64,000 nt of DNA from contig CM022675.1 in NCBI GenBank assembly GCA_012295275.1, positions 1,674,001 to 1,738,000 of the forward strand, read 5' to 3'. This stretch comes from Chrysomallon squamiferum (lineage: Eukaryota > Animalia > Mollusca). The notes beneath the pieces are model-generated. The model was not told where the DNA came from, did no database searches, and worked only from the letters and a program-made list of their open reading frames with translations. A program made the translations under genes and the position numbers. Position 1 is the stretch's first letter, and every line of letters starts with the position of its first letter. Positions 29,091 through 43,613 of the stretch are shown here, in pieces.

Positions 29091-29855
29091 CTAGTACTAG
29101 TAGTAGTAGTAGTAGTGATAGTATAACACTCATAATAACATTTTATTTAATATAAAAACTGGCATAAGTACTCAATATAAATTCATGTAATTTGTTTTTC
29201 TTTCTTTATAAAGAAGTTATAAAGCAATATTACTGAGTGAGTGTGAGCATAATCTGACGTCAAGCAACAAAAAGATTTGGACATCACGTGTACGATGTTC
29301 AGGACCGGAAAAGAACATTAATGAGTGTTACATTAGATATAGGGAAAATGAAGATCATGAGAAGTACACAGCCCTGCTGTGTTCAGGTAATGTGTTTTAG
29401 AGAGCAGTCACTAAACATCTACCACATGTTTAATCATTTCTTCTATGGACAATAACATTCACTGTATTAGAGACAAAACACAACGAAATTAATAATGTGA
29501 TAAAATGTAAGTGAAAAATTGTGTGTATGTGTGAGATGACAAGAAATTTTAGTTTGTTATAGTATTTTGTTTCTTACTGCAGAGGTTAAAGCAGAAACTG
29601 AAATTCGTCAGATTATTAACAACGATTGTTACAAATGTAATGATAGTAAAGAAATATACTTTCAAATGACACATTCGATGCTTTACAGTTCGAATGCAAC
29701 GGCTGTTGATAGTTCCTATTCTGGTGAAGGGTCAGGTCCTATCTTTCTGCGTACTATTCACTGTTTGGGAAATGAAACAAGTCTTGAGCAGTGTAATTTT
29801 CAATGGGGAAACTTTCGATGTGACCATGGACAAGATGATGGCATCAAATGTGCAG
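26384..29855 (+). CDS. Gene A linker and SRCR domains 1-4 (SRCR3 frameshifted, SRCR4 half deleted)
   Basis: IRLVGGNTSKEGRVEVLYKGTWG..FCRTLGF / EGSGQIW..C; LQLVGGTSEHDGKLQVFDDGKWNSVC..VVCRQMGY; LRLVGGPDTNY..EWGR..LCRTLGF / IWTSRVRCSGPEKNINEC; GEGSGPIFLRTIHCLGNETSLEQC..CDHGQDDGIKC. Confidence 0.9.
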
Positions 29856-30043
29856 GTATGACTAACCAAGTGCTGATCATTACATTTCTATTTTTACTAG
29901 CTTTGTGCTTTTTATCACCTGTTATTTACGACATTATTATTTACGAAATATCAGAAGGAAACGTTAACATTATAAATCTAATTAAAAAATGTTGGGACAA
30001 AATATCCATCATTTCTGTTTTCACCCAGCTACAGAAATCCATG

Positions 30044-30121
<78 letters not shown>

Positions 30122-30978
30122 GAAAAATAAATAAACCCCCCAAAATAATGAATTAATTAATGAGTTATTAAACAATAACAATATCAAGAACAATAAATAC
30201 AACAATTATGCTACTACTACTACTACTACTACTACTGCTACTATTAGTACTGTGAACAGGTTTACGACTAATAACAATAGTGATATTGCTGACCTATCAT
30301 TTGAACTGTATGATTAGGCAAATTAACAGATGAAAATATTTCACGTCTTAAAAAATCTATGTGTTTTAAGTAGATGAGCATCCATCATTTATTTCTTATT
30401 ATTTATATTTTATTATTATTATTAGTAGTAGTAGTAGTAGAATTCGCAGTAGTACTAGTAGTAGTGGTAGAATATTCTTTTTTTCTTAAATTTTTGTAAA
30501 AAAAAAAAAATAAGTAAATAAATAAATGAATAAAAATAATACGAATAATAACAAATATAATAAATATAGCACGGATGCAGAATAAATATTGTGATAGATG
30601 ACTTCCCCTTTCAGAATTTGTCTTCCATTTTTAAGTACAGCTTATTTTTAATAGTGTCAGTATTATTATCATCCACACTTTTATAGAGGAATGTTGAACT
30701 ATACTTTCCAAAGCGAATTGTTTGTATCTAAATATCTGTTGTTATTATTATTAGTTATTGAATTTCAAAGCTTCTAATCATTCTTAAACTTCCTTGAAAT
30801 TATATAGCTATTTATTTTTTTTAATTATTATTTTTCTTTTTCTTTTCGTTACTTTTTTTTAACTTTCTAGTTGGCATTTAATTTTCACCCCTTAACATAA
30901 TGTTCTTTATAACTCCTTGCCAAAAATATAATTTAGCTTCAGAGTTGTAAACACAAATATTGTAATACTTTTAAACAG

Positions 30979-31938
30979 AGCCAGAAACAGGCACTGTCAG
31001 AGTGGAGTCATGTACTGCTGATAATCAGAAAACTGGAGAAGACAGAGAAACTTTGAAAATCATTGAAGACAGGTACTAATTTATTTTAACAGAATTTTAT
31101 TTCTTTTGTATACTTTTACTTGTTCATCACATAACTCATAAACATGGATTTTTATATGACTCAGAGAACACTTGGAAATAATGAGCACCATCTTCATCAT
31201 CATCATCATCATTATTATTCTTGCTGGAGATTTGTTTTTACTGTTATTATTATTTTCATTGTTGTTGTTGTTGTTGTTGTTGTTATTATTACTAGTATCA
31301 TTATTATTATTATTATTATTATTATAATTTTACTTTTTATTTTATTTTTTTTCATCTTTTGTCATTTATTTATTTATATTTTTTTATTATTACTTTTTTT
31401 CCAATTTCCTTTTTATTTATTTATTTTATTTTATTGTATTTTTATTTTTGTTATTATTATTATTTTATTATTATTATTTTTTCACTTCTACAAGGGAGAT
31501 AGACTGTGTATTCAAGAAAATCATTTATATAAATTAATGACATCTCGGTAAACAAACGAACTGCAGACTAATTATTTTAGAAATATTTACAGTTATTTGT
31601 TTTTAAATATCTAACTTCTCATAACTAAAACAGCGAATCTCTCTTTAAACAGCTTGAGTTTATTCAGATCGAGAAAACTAAAGAGAAATGCTATTTAATC
31701 TGATACTCTTTATTTATTCAGCTGTCCATCGTCTGAGATCGGTAAACTGATGATACAGGAACCTGAAAGATCGGGAAACAACGTCACATTCAAGTTGAAA
31801 GCTTTCACCTTTAACAAAAACAACGCAGTCTCTACAGAATGTTCTGTCAAAGTTTGTCCTCCAGATCAAAAATCTCTGTGCGACTCTGTAAGTTTTAACA
31901 TTTCTAATCACACTTTTACGTCGGTTATACTAAACGTG

Positions 31939-31980
<42 letters not shown>

Positions 31981-32134
31981 AATTAGTTAGTTAATTTATA
32001 TATTTATATATTTATTTATTGTTTCGTGATGCGAGGATTTTACGTAATATATTCAGTAAATGCAAAAATAAATACTTCTGATCACGTTACTAACAATACT
32101 TGAAGACAATAGTCATTTCCGTCTTGTTGATTTA

Positions 32135-32198
<64 letters not shown>

Positions 32199-32819
32199 TC
32201 ATTTTGTCTTGGCTATATTTGTTTAAAGAAGGACATTTGCTGAACGTTTTCCAGAAAATCAGAAATAAGACAATCAAATTTCACATTCATATTTATAATT
32301 TCAGGTGGACTGCAACGAGAAGGCAGAGTCTGGAAGAAAACGAAGATCGGCTGAAACGTCTGATGAACTTGTCAGAAAGACATTCACTGTCCTGGACGTG
32401 ATTGTAGAAGATCGAACACCGCGTGAGTTTATTTGTTTTCTTTAATTTTAATCGTATTTGTGATTAGTTTTGTCATATTAAACAAACAGTTAAATAGAGA
32501 TTTTCTTTCGTATACATTAAACAAACAGTTAAATGGAGATTTTCTTTCATATATATTAGCTGCAAGAAAGTTTCCAAAAATCTGACGTTTACCAATGTAC
32601 TGCATTCTAGGTATCTCACAGACATCACGAGAAAAACAAGGATCTGATCAAGTTGACGTCGACACCACGATTCTGATTGTCCTCTGTGTTGCCATGGTGA
32701 TCATCTTCTCACTTGTCATTGGGATTGTGGTGGTCGTCTTCCTGAGGAAGCAAAAGTCCAGTCTGAAGAAGGAAGATGTTAACCTGACAAACATTTCATA
32801 TACTCTAGTACCAAACTGA
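30979..32819 (+). CDS. Gene A last four exons: remainder of ZP-C, furin site, TM helix, tail
   Basis: VRVESCTADNQ..LKIIEDSCPS..FKLKAFTFNKNNAVSTECSVKVCPPDQKSLCDSVDC..GRKRRSAE..KTFTVLD..ILIVLCVAMVIIFSLVIGIVVVVFLRKQK..VPN*. Confidence 0.9.
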
Positions 32820-33054
32820 AGTTGAAAACTGTATTTACTTTTAGATAAAATATATTTTGTTTAATAGTTTTCCTTGCTTTAACATTAGTTACTAATACAT
32901 TACGTTTTGATAATTAGTTGTCTCCTTTGATTTTTCTTTCTTTTTCATTCTTTCTTTTTGTTTCTTCAGATTTTTATTTCATTATCGTTGTAATTGTTAT
33001 TATTATTATTATCATTATTATTATAATTTTTTTGTTATTATTATTACTAGTAGT

Positions 33055-34042
33055 AGTACTAGCAGTATACCTCTGTATGTGCAGCATTAAAGAAAAAAGA
33101 CAACTCTGAATTAATTGACTATAACAAACATTCGTTTAGAGATGTCAAGAAAATGGCAGACATGTTTGTTGCTACATTTAACAAGTGACAAAACTAAACT
33201 AAATATCTGTCGAGACATAACAAGGGAGACTACAGTCGTCACAGCTGAGTGCGGGTATCCATTGTTCGTGTTTTTATGCTCGAATATGTTTATTATTTAC
33301 TTAATGTTTTCCTCAAAATAGTTTTATCTACTTTAATCTGAAAAGAATAATGGAAGTACAATATAATAGCTAATAAAAATAAGTAATGTATGAACTAGTA
33401 TAAAGGACACACATAAAAACACAAACTCACAGAAACACTATTTTATCACTTTTCACGTATCAGTAAAAGAATACAGAATCATCAATGTAACACGTATCAG
33501 ATAATAACTTTTGTTTCTAATTTTCTTTGTTTAAAAGACAGCCTTATTAAGATGAATACATAAATGAATAAATAAATAAATACATAAATAAATAGATAGT
33601 TTCGCTGACAAACTATCTGAAGATATTTAAAAACAAACTTAGTCTTTTGAAATTCATAGTTTAACTGACATATATATATATTTAAATTAAAATCCTTGAA
33701 AGCCTTTACTACATTTTTGGCACAGTTCCTAAGTTTTACAATTACTCAATCAAATTACATTTTCACAACTTAATTAAGTACTTATAGATCACTGTAATTA
33801 CAATCTTGTACAATTATGATGATCAAACTAAGATATCAAGTGATTTTGTGTTGTCTTTTTTCATTGGCCGTTGTGTCACGTGTTAAGATGCCACCAAAAG
33901 TTCAGTGAATGTTCGCATTCATCTGCCTGTTTATAAAATTAGTCTATTCTGTAGCTATTTACCAAGCCGGAATTATAATGTACTTAGGTATGTTTGCTTT
34001 GTTTATTAATTCGGACAAAGTAATAATAACAATAACAATAAC

Positions 34043-34085
<43 letters not shown>

Positions 34086-34440
34086 GTGATAATAATCGTC
34101 AGAAAAATATTTAATAATATATACAAAAAAACCATCAGAAATCACAAGTACAGAAGTCAATGCTAGAAAAAAGTAAAGAAAAAGTATCGTTATATCCATG
34201 CAAAACTATAATAATTTCAAAAGGAAATATATGTAACAAGCGAAAACCACGACCATAGTAATCATTAATATATAAACATTAAATAGTTCTGAATTAATAT
34301 TTACGAAATATTACAGAAAACAAACTACATGACATGCACCACATGTGAGACAAGCTTCATTCAAACTATTGCAAATATAATTTAAAAAAATATAATATAT
34401 TAATAAAGAAAGAAACGAATAAACTAATAAATAAATTAAA
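33055..34440 (+). repeat. 3' flank of gene A, paralogous to ~56200-57540 (partial third copy ~58790-59270)
   Basis: Collinear blocks such as gtcgagacataacaagggagactac, gaatcatcaatgtaacacgtatcagataataact and catgtgagacaagcttcattcaaacta. Confidence 0.85.
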
Positions 34441-34479
34441 ACAAATAAACAAATCAATAATAATAAAAAAGATATCTAA

Positions 34480-34515
<36 letters not shown>

Positions 34516-35700
34516 TAATTTTGTTTGAATTGATCATTAACAGATAAAGTACAGGTAATTCATTTATAGTATAGGTTAGATGTCTCGGTTTAAAGCTGTT
34601 TGTGTTTTTAACAAAAGCTAGAAGAATAGATGTATTATTATGTAGGCACAAATGAGAAACTTACAATCTTAACATTGGGATGAGTTTATGCAATCTTAGG
34701 ACAATGTTTTACTCTCTTTTCTTAATATTATCTTAAACGGAAACAGAAATATGACTGAAAAGTATTAACTTCTGTCTTAAATAAAATTAAAAACCCAGAA
34801 TAAAATGAAATAAAATTAAAGAAAGAAAGAATTGAAAGACTAATGATGTTACTACTACCACCACTACTAGTGCTGCTACTACCACTATTACCACCACTAC
34901 TACTATTATTATGATTACTACTACCACTACTACTATTACTATTAATACTACTACTGCTTCTACTACAACTACTCCACTACTACTGATATTACTACTACTA
35001 CTGCTATTAATACTACTGCTACTGCTACCACTGCTACTACTAGTACTAATATTAAGATTAAGGCTATTGCTACTATTACTACTACAGCAGTTTGCCATCA
35101 ATGCTGATGTAAATACAATTAAAGTAAAATCAAACATTCACTATCAGTCAGTTGGGTGTGACGGATATCTTGACATTTTCCTCTCTAATGTATTTCATTT
35201 TCACTCTACTTACCACACTGGCTATGTTACTCACACTTGACTATTTACAGTGATATTTTTATTTGCCTTTAAGAAAATATTAAGAAATGAGACCAAAACA
35301 TCGCCCTAAGATTGACTAAACTTATCCAGGCGTTACGAGAGTAAGTCTTACATTTGTGTGTAGATAATAATACATCCATTTGTGTAGCTTTTGTTAGACA
35401 TGCAAACAGTTTTACCTCGAGACATCTCTACGAAAATGCTTCACTGATCATGTATGGCTTGCTCTTTGTTGGCTTGTATTGTGTATGTCAGTGTGTGTGT
35501 GTGTGTGTGTGTATGTGTGTGTGTGTGTGTGTATTTGTGTGTGTGTGGGTGGGTGGGTGTTAATTTTGTAATTGCACTACTGTTTTACGATCGCTTGTTC
35601 AGCATATTTTAGTTTATCAGTTCTACGAAAATGCTTCACTGATCGTGTATGGCTTGCTGTTTATTGGCTTGTATTGTGTATGCCAGTCTGTGTGTGTGTG

Positions 35701-35748
<48 letters not shown>

Positions 35749-36097
35749 TGTGTGTTTTAATTTTGTTATTGCATTAATATTTTACGATAAAAACAGCATA
35801 TATTTTGTGAGTGAAATTTAAAACTGTTTTGAAGAAAGTATTAAGAAAACTAGTTTGACAACGTTTGACTAGATTGTTGTAGTGTACTAATACAAACACA
35901 CTTGCGATGCCTCACTGCTCATCTACACTATTACACGTCTTCCACGCTGTGTTTTTCACTCGCTTGTTCAGCATATTTTAGTTTATCAGTTATTATTAAT
36001 ATGTTTATCTTTTTATGTTTTTGACTTAAATGCCATTATTTTATCTTTTTTGTGTGTATGCATGTTTTTCTGTTTGTAATCAGAAACAATAAAAGAA

Positions 36098-36130
<33 letters not shown>

Positions 36131-37907
36131 TAATAATAATAATAATAGTAATATGAATAATAATAACAATAATATTAATAATAATTTAGTGACATAATAT
36201 ACCATCTACACAGATTGTGAGAGCTTTCAGATACTACACTGCAAGACTTTTAAAATAAATGACGATCTGAAATTAAGATTGATATCGCAAGTTTTCTTTT
36301 GTTAAGCTTAAAGTAAAGAACATTTCAATATCATGTCGTATGATCTTACATTCTAAAAGCTATCAGAGACTGTTTTGAAAGACGCTCTAATACTGTTTCA
36401 CAAGCGTAGAAGAAGTGCAAGTCATGGAGGTAAATATTATCTCTGCGGGTGTTAGGGTGTGACATGAACTTGTATTTTAAGATTAGTGGTGTACACACTG
36501 TTCAGAATAAAAGGGTAGTTGTTAATTGTGTATAAATATTATCGTAAACACATTTCTGCAATTTGTTTAACTCATGCACGTTAATATATATTTTAAACAA
36601 TAGTTTTACATTTATTATTTTTATTATTTATTCATCATGTTTTTTATTACTAGTGTTGGCCTGTCAGTATATATATATGTTTTTGTGTGTCTGTGTGGTC
36701 TGTGTTTTTATAGCATATCTGAGTGTATGGATATACATAGTATTTGTATATGTCTCTGTAAACACACACACAAACACACACACATACATATATTCATATC
36801 AACATTGATATGTACATCCATACAAACGTACATACTACATACACGCATGTCAGAAACTAATCTGTTCATATTGTTCAATCCATTTCTGAGCAATGCCTCT
36901 CTCTCTGTCTATCTATATATTATTTATCCATCTATCGATGTTTCTATCTGTCCCTGTATTTACTTATTTGTCTATTTATTTTATTTTGTTTAATTATTTT
37001 TGCTTTTCTCCAAGAACATAAAATCAAGTTTCGTATCGATAAGAAGAATGTTCACACTAACATACACACATGCATGTACATACATCCATAGATACATATA
37101 TACATACGCAAACATACACTTATGCACTTACACACCTACATATACACACACCTTTACTCAAGCACATACATCAACACATAAATGCACACACATAAATGCA
37201 GATATCTACATACAAATACACACACACACACACACACACACTCAGACGCGTATGTTTATAATGCATCAATTATTGTAGTTTTACCCTGGAGGCTTAAGAC
37301 GCAGATATCGCTAAATGCTTATGAGAAAAGAAAGAAAATAAAAATTACACTGGGCTGGACAGGTACGTATTCAACTACGGTCACTGACGTCTAGTGCTCC
37401 AGAAACACAGATACGCATGACCCGTGATACATACTTAGTGTTTTGTTTGATGTTTTAAAAAGCAAGGAGGCGAATTCATCTTGTTAAATGTAGAACACAA
37501 ACATGTCTGACATTTTGTCTGCCATCTCCAAACCGTTTGTATTCAAGTATGTTAAAACATTGTTATTTAAACATACACAGATAAAAGTATGTATGTGAGT
37601 ATTTAAACACACACACAAACGCGCGCGCACGCACACACACACACACACACACACATAAACACATATATATAAACATATTCACACCTATCCAGAATCTATA
37701 AAACAAACATATCGTGTGCGTATAAATATATATTTATATATACATACATATGTATACATACATCCAGAGATACACACAGATACATACCTACATACATATG
37801 TAAGTACACAGAGAGAGTACCTAATTATATATACTTTTTCTGTACGAGAATAGTGATATAGAGATAAGTCCCTTCAATTTATGTGTCATAACTTAACAAG
37901 AAATACA

Positions 37908-37950
<43 letters not shown>

Positions 37951-38040
37951 ATAGAGCTACAACTTAATTCTCCATATATTTTATATTCTATTTCGGTCGA
38001 CAAACGGAGTGTGCATCTGAACCATAATTGAATTCATATA

Positions 38041-38650
38041 CAGTGGTACCTCGACTTACGAGTACCCCAACTTACGAGTTTCCATTGATCCTAAGAAAGT
38101 GAATGGAAAGAACAGTGCCGAGAAAAAGAAGCGGGTGATATCCTTTCAATTAAAGCTTGAAATCATAGAAAAAAAACATGAGTGAGGTGTGCACGTAGTC
38201 GACTTGGCTAGGCAGTGCGAGCGTAGTACGTCTACGACAACAACCATAGTGAAGCTGAAGGATTCCATAAAGGCTATAACTGCACCTAAAGACGTTAAAA
38301 TAATTTACAAAACCAATGTATTTCTTTACATTCTCTTTATTTATTATTTTTTATATATACAATATTTGTCATTTATAAATACATTTTCTTACTTAACACT
38401 CGTTACAAAAAAAAAATAAAAAAATAAAAAAAAAAATAAAAAAAAAAAAATAAAAAAAAAAATAATAAATAAAACAAATAAATAAATAAACAAAAAAATT
38501 TTATGTTTTGTACGGGTTTTTTGCTGGGTTTTTTTTTTTTTTTTGGGGATGAGGGGGGGAACGGATTAATCGTATTTCAGTTAATTTCAGTTGGGAAAAT
38601 TGATTTAATATACGAAAAAATTGAGACACGAACTCGATCACAGGATGGAT
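38041..38650 (+). mobile_element. Tigger/pogo-family DNA transposon, internally deleted relic
   Basis: Left TIR TA|CAGTGGTACCTCGACTTACGAG. It is followed by PKKVNGKNSAEKKKRVISFQLKLEIIEK-HE*GVHVVDLARQCERSTSTTTTIVKLKDSIKAITAPKDVKII, a CENP-B/psq-type HTH N-terminus. A Tigger-like 3' subterminal sequence ggaacggattaat..gggaaaattgattt lies at 38558-38650. The right TIR is missing. Confidence 0.85.
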
Positions 38651-40466
38651 ATATATAGTAATACTGGTTTCTGTAATAGAAGTACTAGTCGTAGAAGTGC
38701 TCGCAATATTGAATTTATTGTTGTAGTTTAGTAATGATTTCCATCAGCCGCCTTCAACAAAAAAAAACAACAAAAAAAAACAAAACAAAAAAAGAATGAA
38801 AGAAAAAGATTAAAACTAGAAATTTTTTTTCCATCCGAATAATAATAAAATAAATAAACAAAGAAAAAAACGAATAAATAAATACATAAACAATTTCATA
38901 AACAAACATAGACTGCATATATGATCACCGAGATATGTATAGTAACTATTGACTCAAAAAGTGTTCAGTTGATTTTATCAGAATCAATGTCTATGATAAC
39001 TTACTCCTGAAAAAAAATAAAATAAAAATTTTTATAATAATAATAAAAATAATAATAATAATTTTAATAACAATCTGCATGTGTGATAACAACAATAAAT
39101 GAATAAGAACAACAACAAGAAGATATATATATCATATATATAAAATATATCATGCATGAAATGCTGTTTTTTTTATGTCAACAAAATAGATGTAAACCTT
39201 TTTAGGACACATTTTTGTATATTTATTTCAAAACGGATAACACAGTGTAGGTTTGGGTCGCGGTTTATTTGAAGTGTTACAACAAACAAATATACGTTCA
39301 GTTGACTTTTTATAAATGTATTTATATATAGGTTACAACTGTAAATGTATTTTTACACGTTCTTATATGTATGGTACATTCAAAATGAATAAATACAATT
39401 TGTGTGTATCTGTATTTGATACAAAAATAAATGTACATGTAATTTCGATATATATATATATATATATGTCAGTACGATATGTCAACAAATACACTATGTA
39501 TACAGTTTCGATATGTTTGTATGTATGCTCGCTTTCAATTTGCGTGTGTGTGCTGTGTGTGTTTGTTTCTGTGTGGCATTCGAATTTGTGTAAATGTGAG
39601 AGTTGACTTTCTCCTCTAGATATATTCCGTTCCCGAATATGTCAACGAAGAGTCTTTTTACACTTTCTAGTAAATGTACATTCAAATCCTAAAACACATA
39701 TCTACCAGTGCCAGGTTTTCCACAAAATGTAAGTCAATACAGAAATGACGAAAGTCGAAAAGAACGGCGTGCTTCGGGGTAAGCGATGATTACAGTCTGT
39801 CATACGTTCTAGTCTGGGTGTCATACGTTCTAGTCTCGTAAGCGGCATTTGACTGGTTAGTGAAGTCCTGATTTGACTGTCTGCTTCAGCGCCATTGCCG
39901 AGTCTAATGAGAGATACATAAAACAGAGAATATTAAAATCCTGTAACACATAAATACACACAGATATACACATATAAATACATCAACAAATTCACGAAAA
40001 ATTACACGTTTCACAAATACCGGCAGAAATACGATATATTCTGACACATCACTCCTAGACACACACACGTACATATGAACATACATATATGAATAAAGTC
40101 ATGTATACATATATAAATACATACATCCGTGTTTCACGAACTATAAATTAATAAATAAATAACGAAACAGACAACATATTTTTCTTCTTCCCCAAGAATT
40201 TCGTAAAAAGAAGTTTTTATTATATGGACGACAAACGCAATTAATCCGAACCATAAGTAAATTCATATAATATTACTTCTGTTGATGTCGTTGCTGATAT
40301 GCTTTTTTTATCATTATTGGTTGCAATAGCTCGAGTAATAGTCGTTGCCGTAGCAATAGTAGCAGCAGTAGTATTAATATTTGTCGATATTTGTTTATGT
40401 CTTTGTTGTTGTAGCCTAGCATCTTCCGTGACAGTACTACAACAAAATTAAATAATAAAAATAATA

Positions 40467-40523
<57 letters not shown>

Positions 40524-40534
40524 CATTTGTTATA

Positions 40535-40934
40535 CTCTTTATTTTTTTCTTTAATGTTATTGCCAATGGTACAGTATAAAAAACACAATTTACAAAACAT
40601 AAATGCAAGAAACAAAAAAAAAAAAAAAAAAAAAAAAAGCGCGATAACAGGTGCTTTCAAAACAGACATGGAGTATTTCACAATCGAGCTCCTTTTTTTA
40701 CCTGATTGATATATCTGCGTGGTTATATTAAATATATATTTTTACCGATACAAAAACAAAACTGAGATAACGAATACTTATTCAATAGCTTCTAGTACCG
40801 CAACAAAGAAACAAAACGTTTTCATATGATCTTCCCCTTGCAAATTTGTTCGTGATATTATTTTTTCTATCATACACCAACTTTTTACCATGTCTAGAAG
40901 ACGAGAAACTGATAGTGAAGTTTTTGCTGCACGA

Positions 40935-40977
<43 letters not shown>

Positions 40978-42260
40978 TTGTTATTAAATTTAAAGTATTG
41001 TTTGTCCTGTCTGTCAACCAAATATTATCTTTCTATCGTTTATAATTGTACGGAATTCAGGAAGATCAAAAATCCAAACTACCAAATTTCGCCACAAAAA
41101 AGTGACCTTGGAACATTTTACAAAAAGGTGCAATGATCCTTTACTCCTGCAAATGGAATCTGTCCGAATGCCAATCCTACAAAGAAAGCTCTTTGTTGCT
41201 GTTGTTCTATTAATAATTTTATACTGAAAATCAATAAGAGCGATTTGATTAGTACATAATCTAGATGTTAAACTTTTCCCATGTTAGTGGGTAGTTGTCC
41301 TCATTTATTATTTCAGACCAGCGGATTTGCGCTGTTGTCAGATCTACGTTTCTAGACAGTATACTATAATATTCACAACAACCTTTATTCATTGTTCTCA
41401 TTAATAACATATACATTGGACACAAAGTAATATATAGATTTATCTTTCCTTGTAATTGTAGGACAATGCATTTCTACTTTTCAGGGATACTATACATTAA
41501 CATTTCGTAATCTAAAAGGGTTTCTCGTATGTTAAATCTACAAAAGGAATGATGTATCCTGTTTCTGTTAAAATATTTCAGATTTGTATTATACCATTAT
41601 TATACCAGTTACGGAGAAACAATGATTTGTACTTGAAACGTGTGGTATCATAACGGCTCATTTACTATTTGCTCACAATTTTCAACTTTTATTTTTAGCA
41701 CAAAATCTTTCAATGCATTCCATACATTATTCGAAAAAGTATTTTTTAATTTTAAACTTATATATTCACCAACATTGGCTCCCAGTTTTGATATAGCTAG
41801 ATCATCTATTTATTTCTTTAAAAACGATTTCCATTTATACCGATTGAAAGTAGCGTCTTAACCAAGCAACTTTTAGAACTTTAATTAAATTTAATGTTTC
41901 AACCATTTCTAATCCACCCTCGGTATAATTTTTTGTGATAACTCAGCGTTACATACTATCTGGACCATCTTTCCATATCAATTGGAAAATCATTTTATTT
42001 AGTTTTAATATACATTCTTTAGATGGATTTGCTAGGCTGGTTAAAATATGAGTTAGTTTTAACATAGCTAATGTTTCTAAAAGCGTTACCCTACCACGCC
42101 ACGAATTTAACAGTTTTTTTCTATTTTCACCAGATTTTCGTCCACATTTAGTGTCAAATATTGTCTAGTTGTTTATTAAGTGTTACACCTAGAACCTCAA
42201 AATTGTTTTCACACCAGACTAGACTTAGCCGTTTCAGTGTTTCTCCCATAGTATTCGCAA
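40535..42260 (-). mobile_element. 5'-truncated, degenerate non-LTR retrotransposon (L1/Tx1-like ORF2 C-terminus and 3' UTR)
   Basis: Minus-strand pieces: LVWCENNFEVLGVTL, LLNSWR..GRVTLLETLAMLKLTHILTSLANPSKE, ITKNYTEGGLEMV..LKVAWLRR, EPLWYH, FQYKIINRTTATKSFLCRIGI..C..LHLFVKCSKVTFLW (zf-RVT-like). A-rich end near 40535-40555. Confidence 0.85.
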
Positions 42261-42503
42261 AGAAATAATAATAATAAAAAATAAACAAGCTACCACAACA
42301 ATAAATAAAGAAAACAAGTAAATAAACAAATAAAAGAAGTAAACAAAGAAACAAAAAAGCGAACAAAAGAAACAAATAAATAAATACAGAAGTAAACATA
42401 GCCTGCATTCATGACACAGAGACACGTATATGAACTTTTAACACAGAATATGTCCACTGTACTTGAACCCATGTCTACCATATCAGTGGTTCAGTAAATA
42501 ATA

Positions 42504-42565
<62 letters not shown>

Positions 42566-42984
42566 TGAATAATGATAGTAATAATAAGAACACTGAAAAA
42601 TGTTTCGTTTACCAGTCGTGATCATGATGATGATAATAAATCTGATATAAAATCCGGTAATGCACTGAAACGAACGTATCACATAGACAGAGCAAAGTTT
42701 ATGTTAATAAAAACGAACGCTTTTTATATTATGTTAATAAACGCTTTTTATATTTCTTTCCAAACAAATCACGAAGTGTAAGTGAGGAAAAAGGTTTATA
42801 TGTATAAATATGTATTTAAATATTCTTATTTGAATCGTGCTTCAATAAATGTGTAAGTACACTTTGTATATGTTTCTGTATCTGCTACATGAATAACTAT
42901 TTTATCATATGACATCAATGGAGGAGCTACATTGCAGAATCTGTCAGAGAAAATCGCTACAAAATTAACTTTCACTTCAAGATT

Positions 42985-43155
42985 GCTCCATTATTTCTTC
43001 ACTGCAACTCGGCTTGTACAACTTGAACAGTGACCGTACCCTCTATTACACAGGAATCAAATTAGAAAATTTTGGTACGGGATCAATCTGCGCATATTTT
43101 ATTTTCCTACTCAGTATTTGTGTGTACCATTTAGTTCATTGCCATGGTTATCATG
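42985..43155 (+). promoter_or_regulatory. Putative promoter / non-coding first exon of gene B (donor gtacgg at 43075)
   Basis: Conserved with 21365-21545. Confidence 0.5.
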
Positions 43156-43263
43156 TCTGTGTGTGTGTTTGGGTATGTATATACATACATATTTGTTAAT
43201 CAGTCCATCTGTCCCTTTTTCTATCTCTCTATCTATCTATCTATCTATCTAACTATCTATCTA

Positions 43264-43303
<40 letters not shown>

Positions 43304-43575
43304 TACACAAAAAAGGACATATAAATATAATAAATATAATGGATAAATAAAAAAATTTTTAAAAAATAGTGAAAAAAAATATAAGCATTTAAACATTTGT
43401 TTTCCTCCGTTACTAAATGATTTAAAATGAAAATGTACAGACACAATTAAACAGAGAAAAAGAGAGAGAGAGAGAGAAAAGAGAGAGAGAAAGAAAAAGA
43501 GAGTCAGAGAGAGAGAGAGAGACATTCAGATTAGAGACACACAGAGAAACAAACATAATAAGATATATATAACAT

Positions 43576-43613
<38 letters not shown>

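Larger units (their letters stand above)
22530..32819 (+). pseudogene. Gene A: EGF-EGF-ZP type I membrane protein with SRCR cassette inside ZP-C; disrupted as assembled
   Basis: 18 coding exons, all GT-AG: 22530-22581, 23233-23355, 23665-23802, 24466-24653, 25161-25314, 25845-25987, 26384-26428, 26602-26743, 27199-27371, 27734-27887, 28331-28482, 28795-28940, 29214-29386, 29583-29855, 30979-31072, 31722-31887, 32305-32422, 32611-32819. About 884 aa if repaired. Lesions relative to gene B: -1 nt in an A run near 25255 (TAA 25269-25271), -11 nt after 28847 (TGA 28863-28865), and loss of most of the SRCR4 first exon. Pseudogene status is uncertain. Confidence 0.8.

Noticed and set aside
41640-41861. 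Plus-strand ORF of ordinary composition
   Set aside because: It is antisense to the LINE ORF2 relic.
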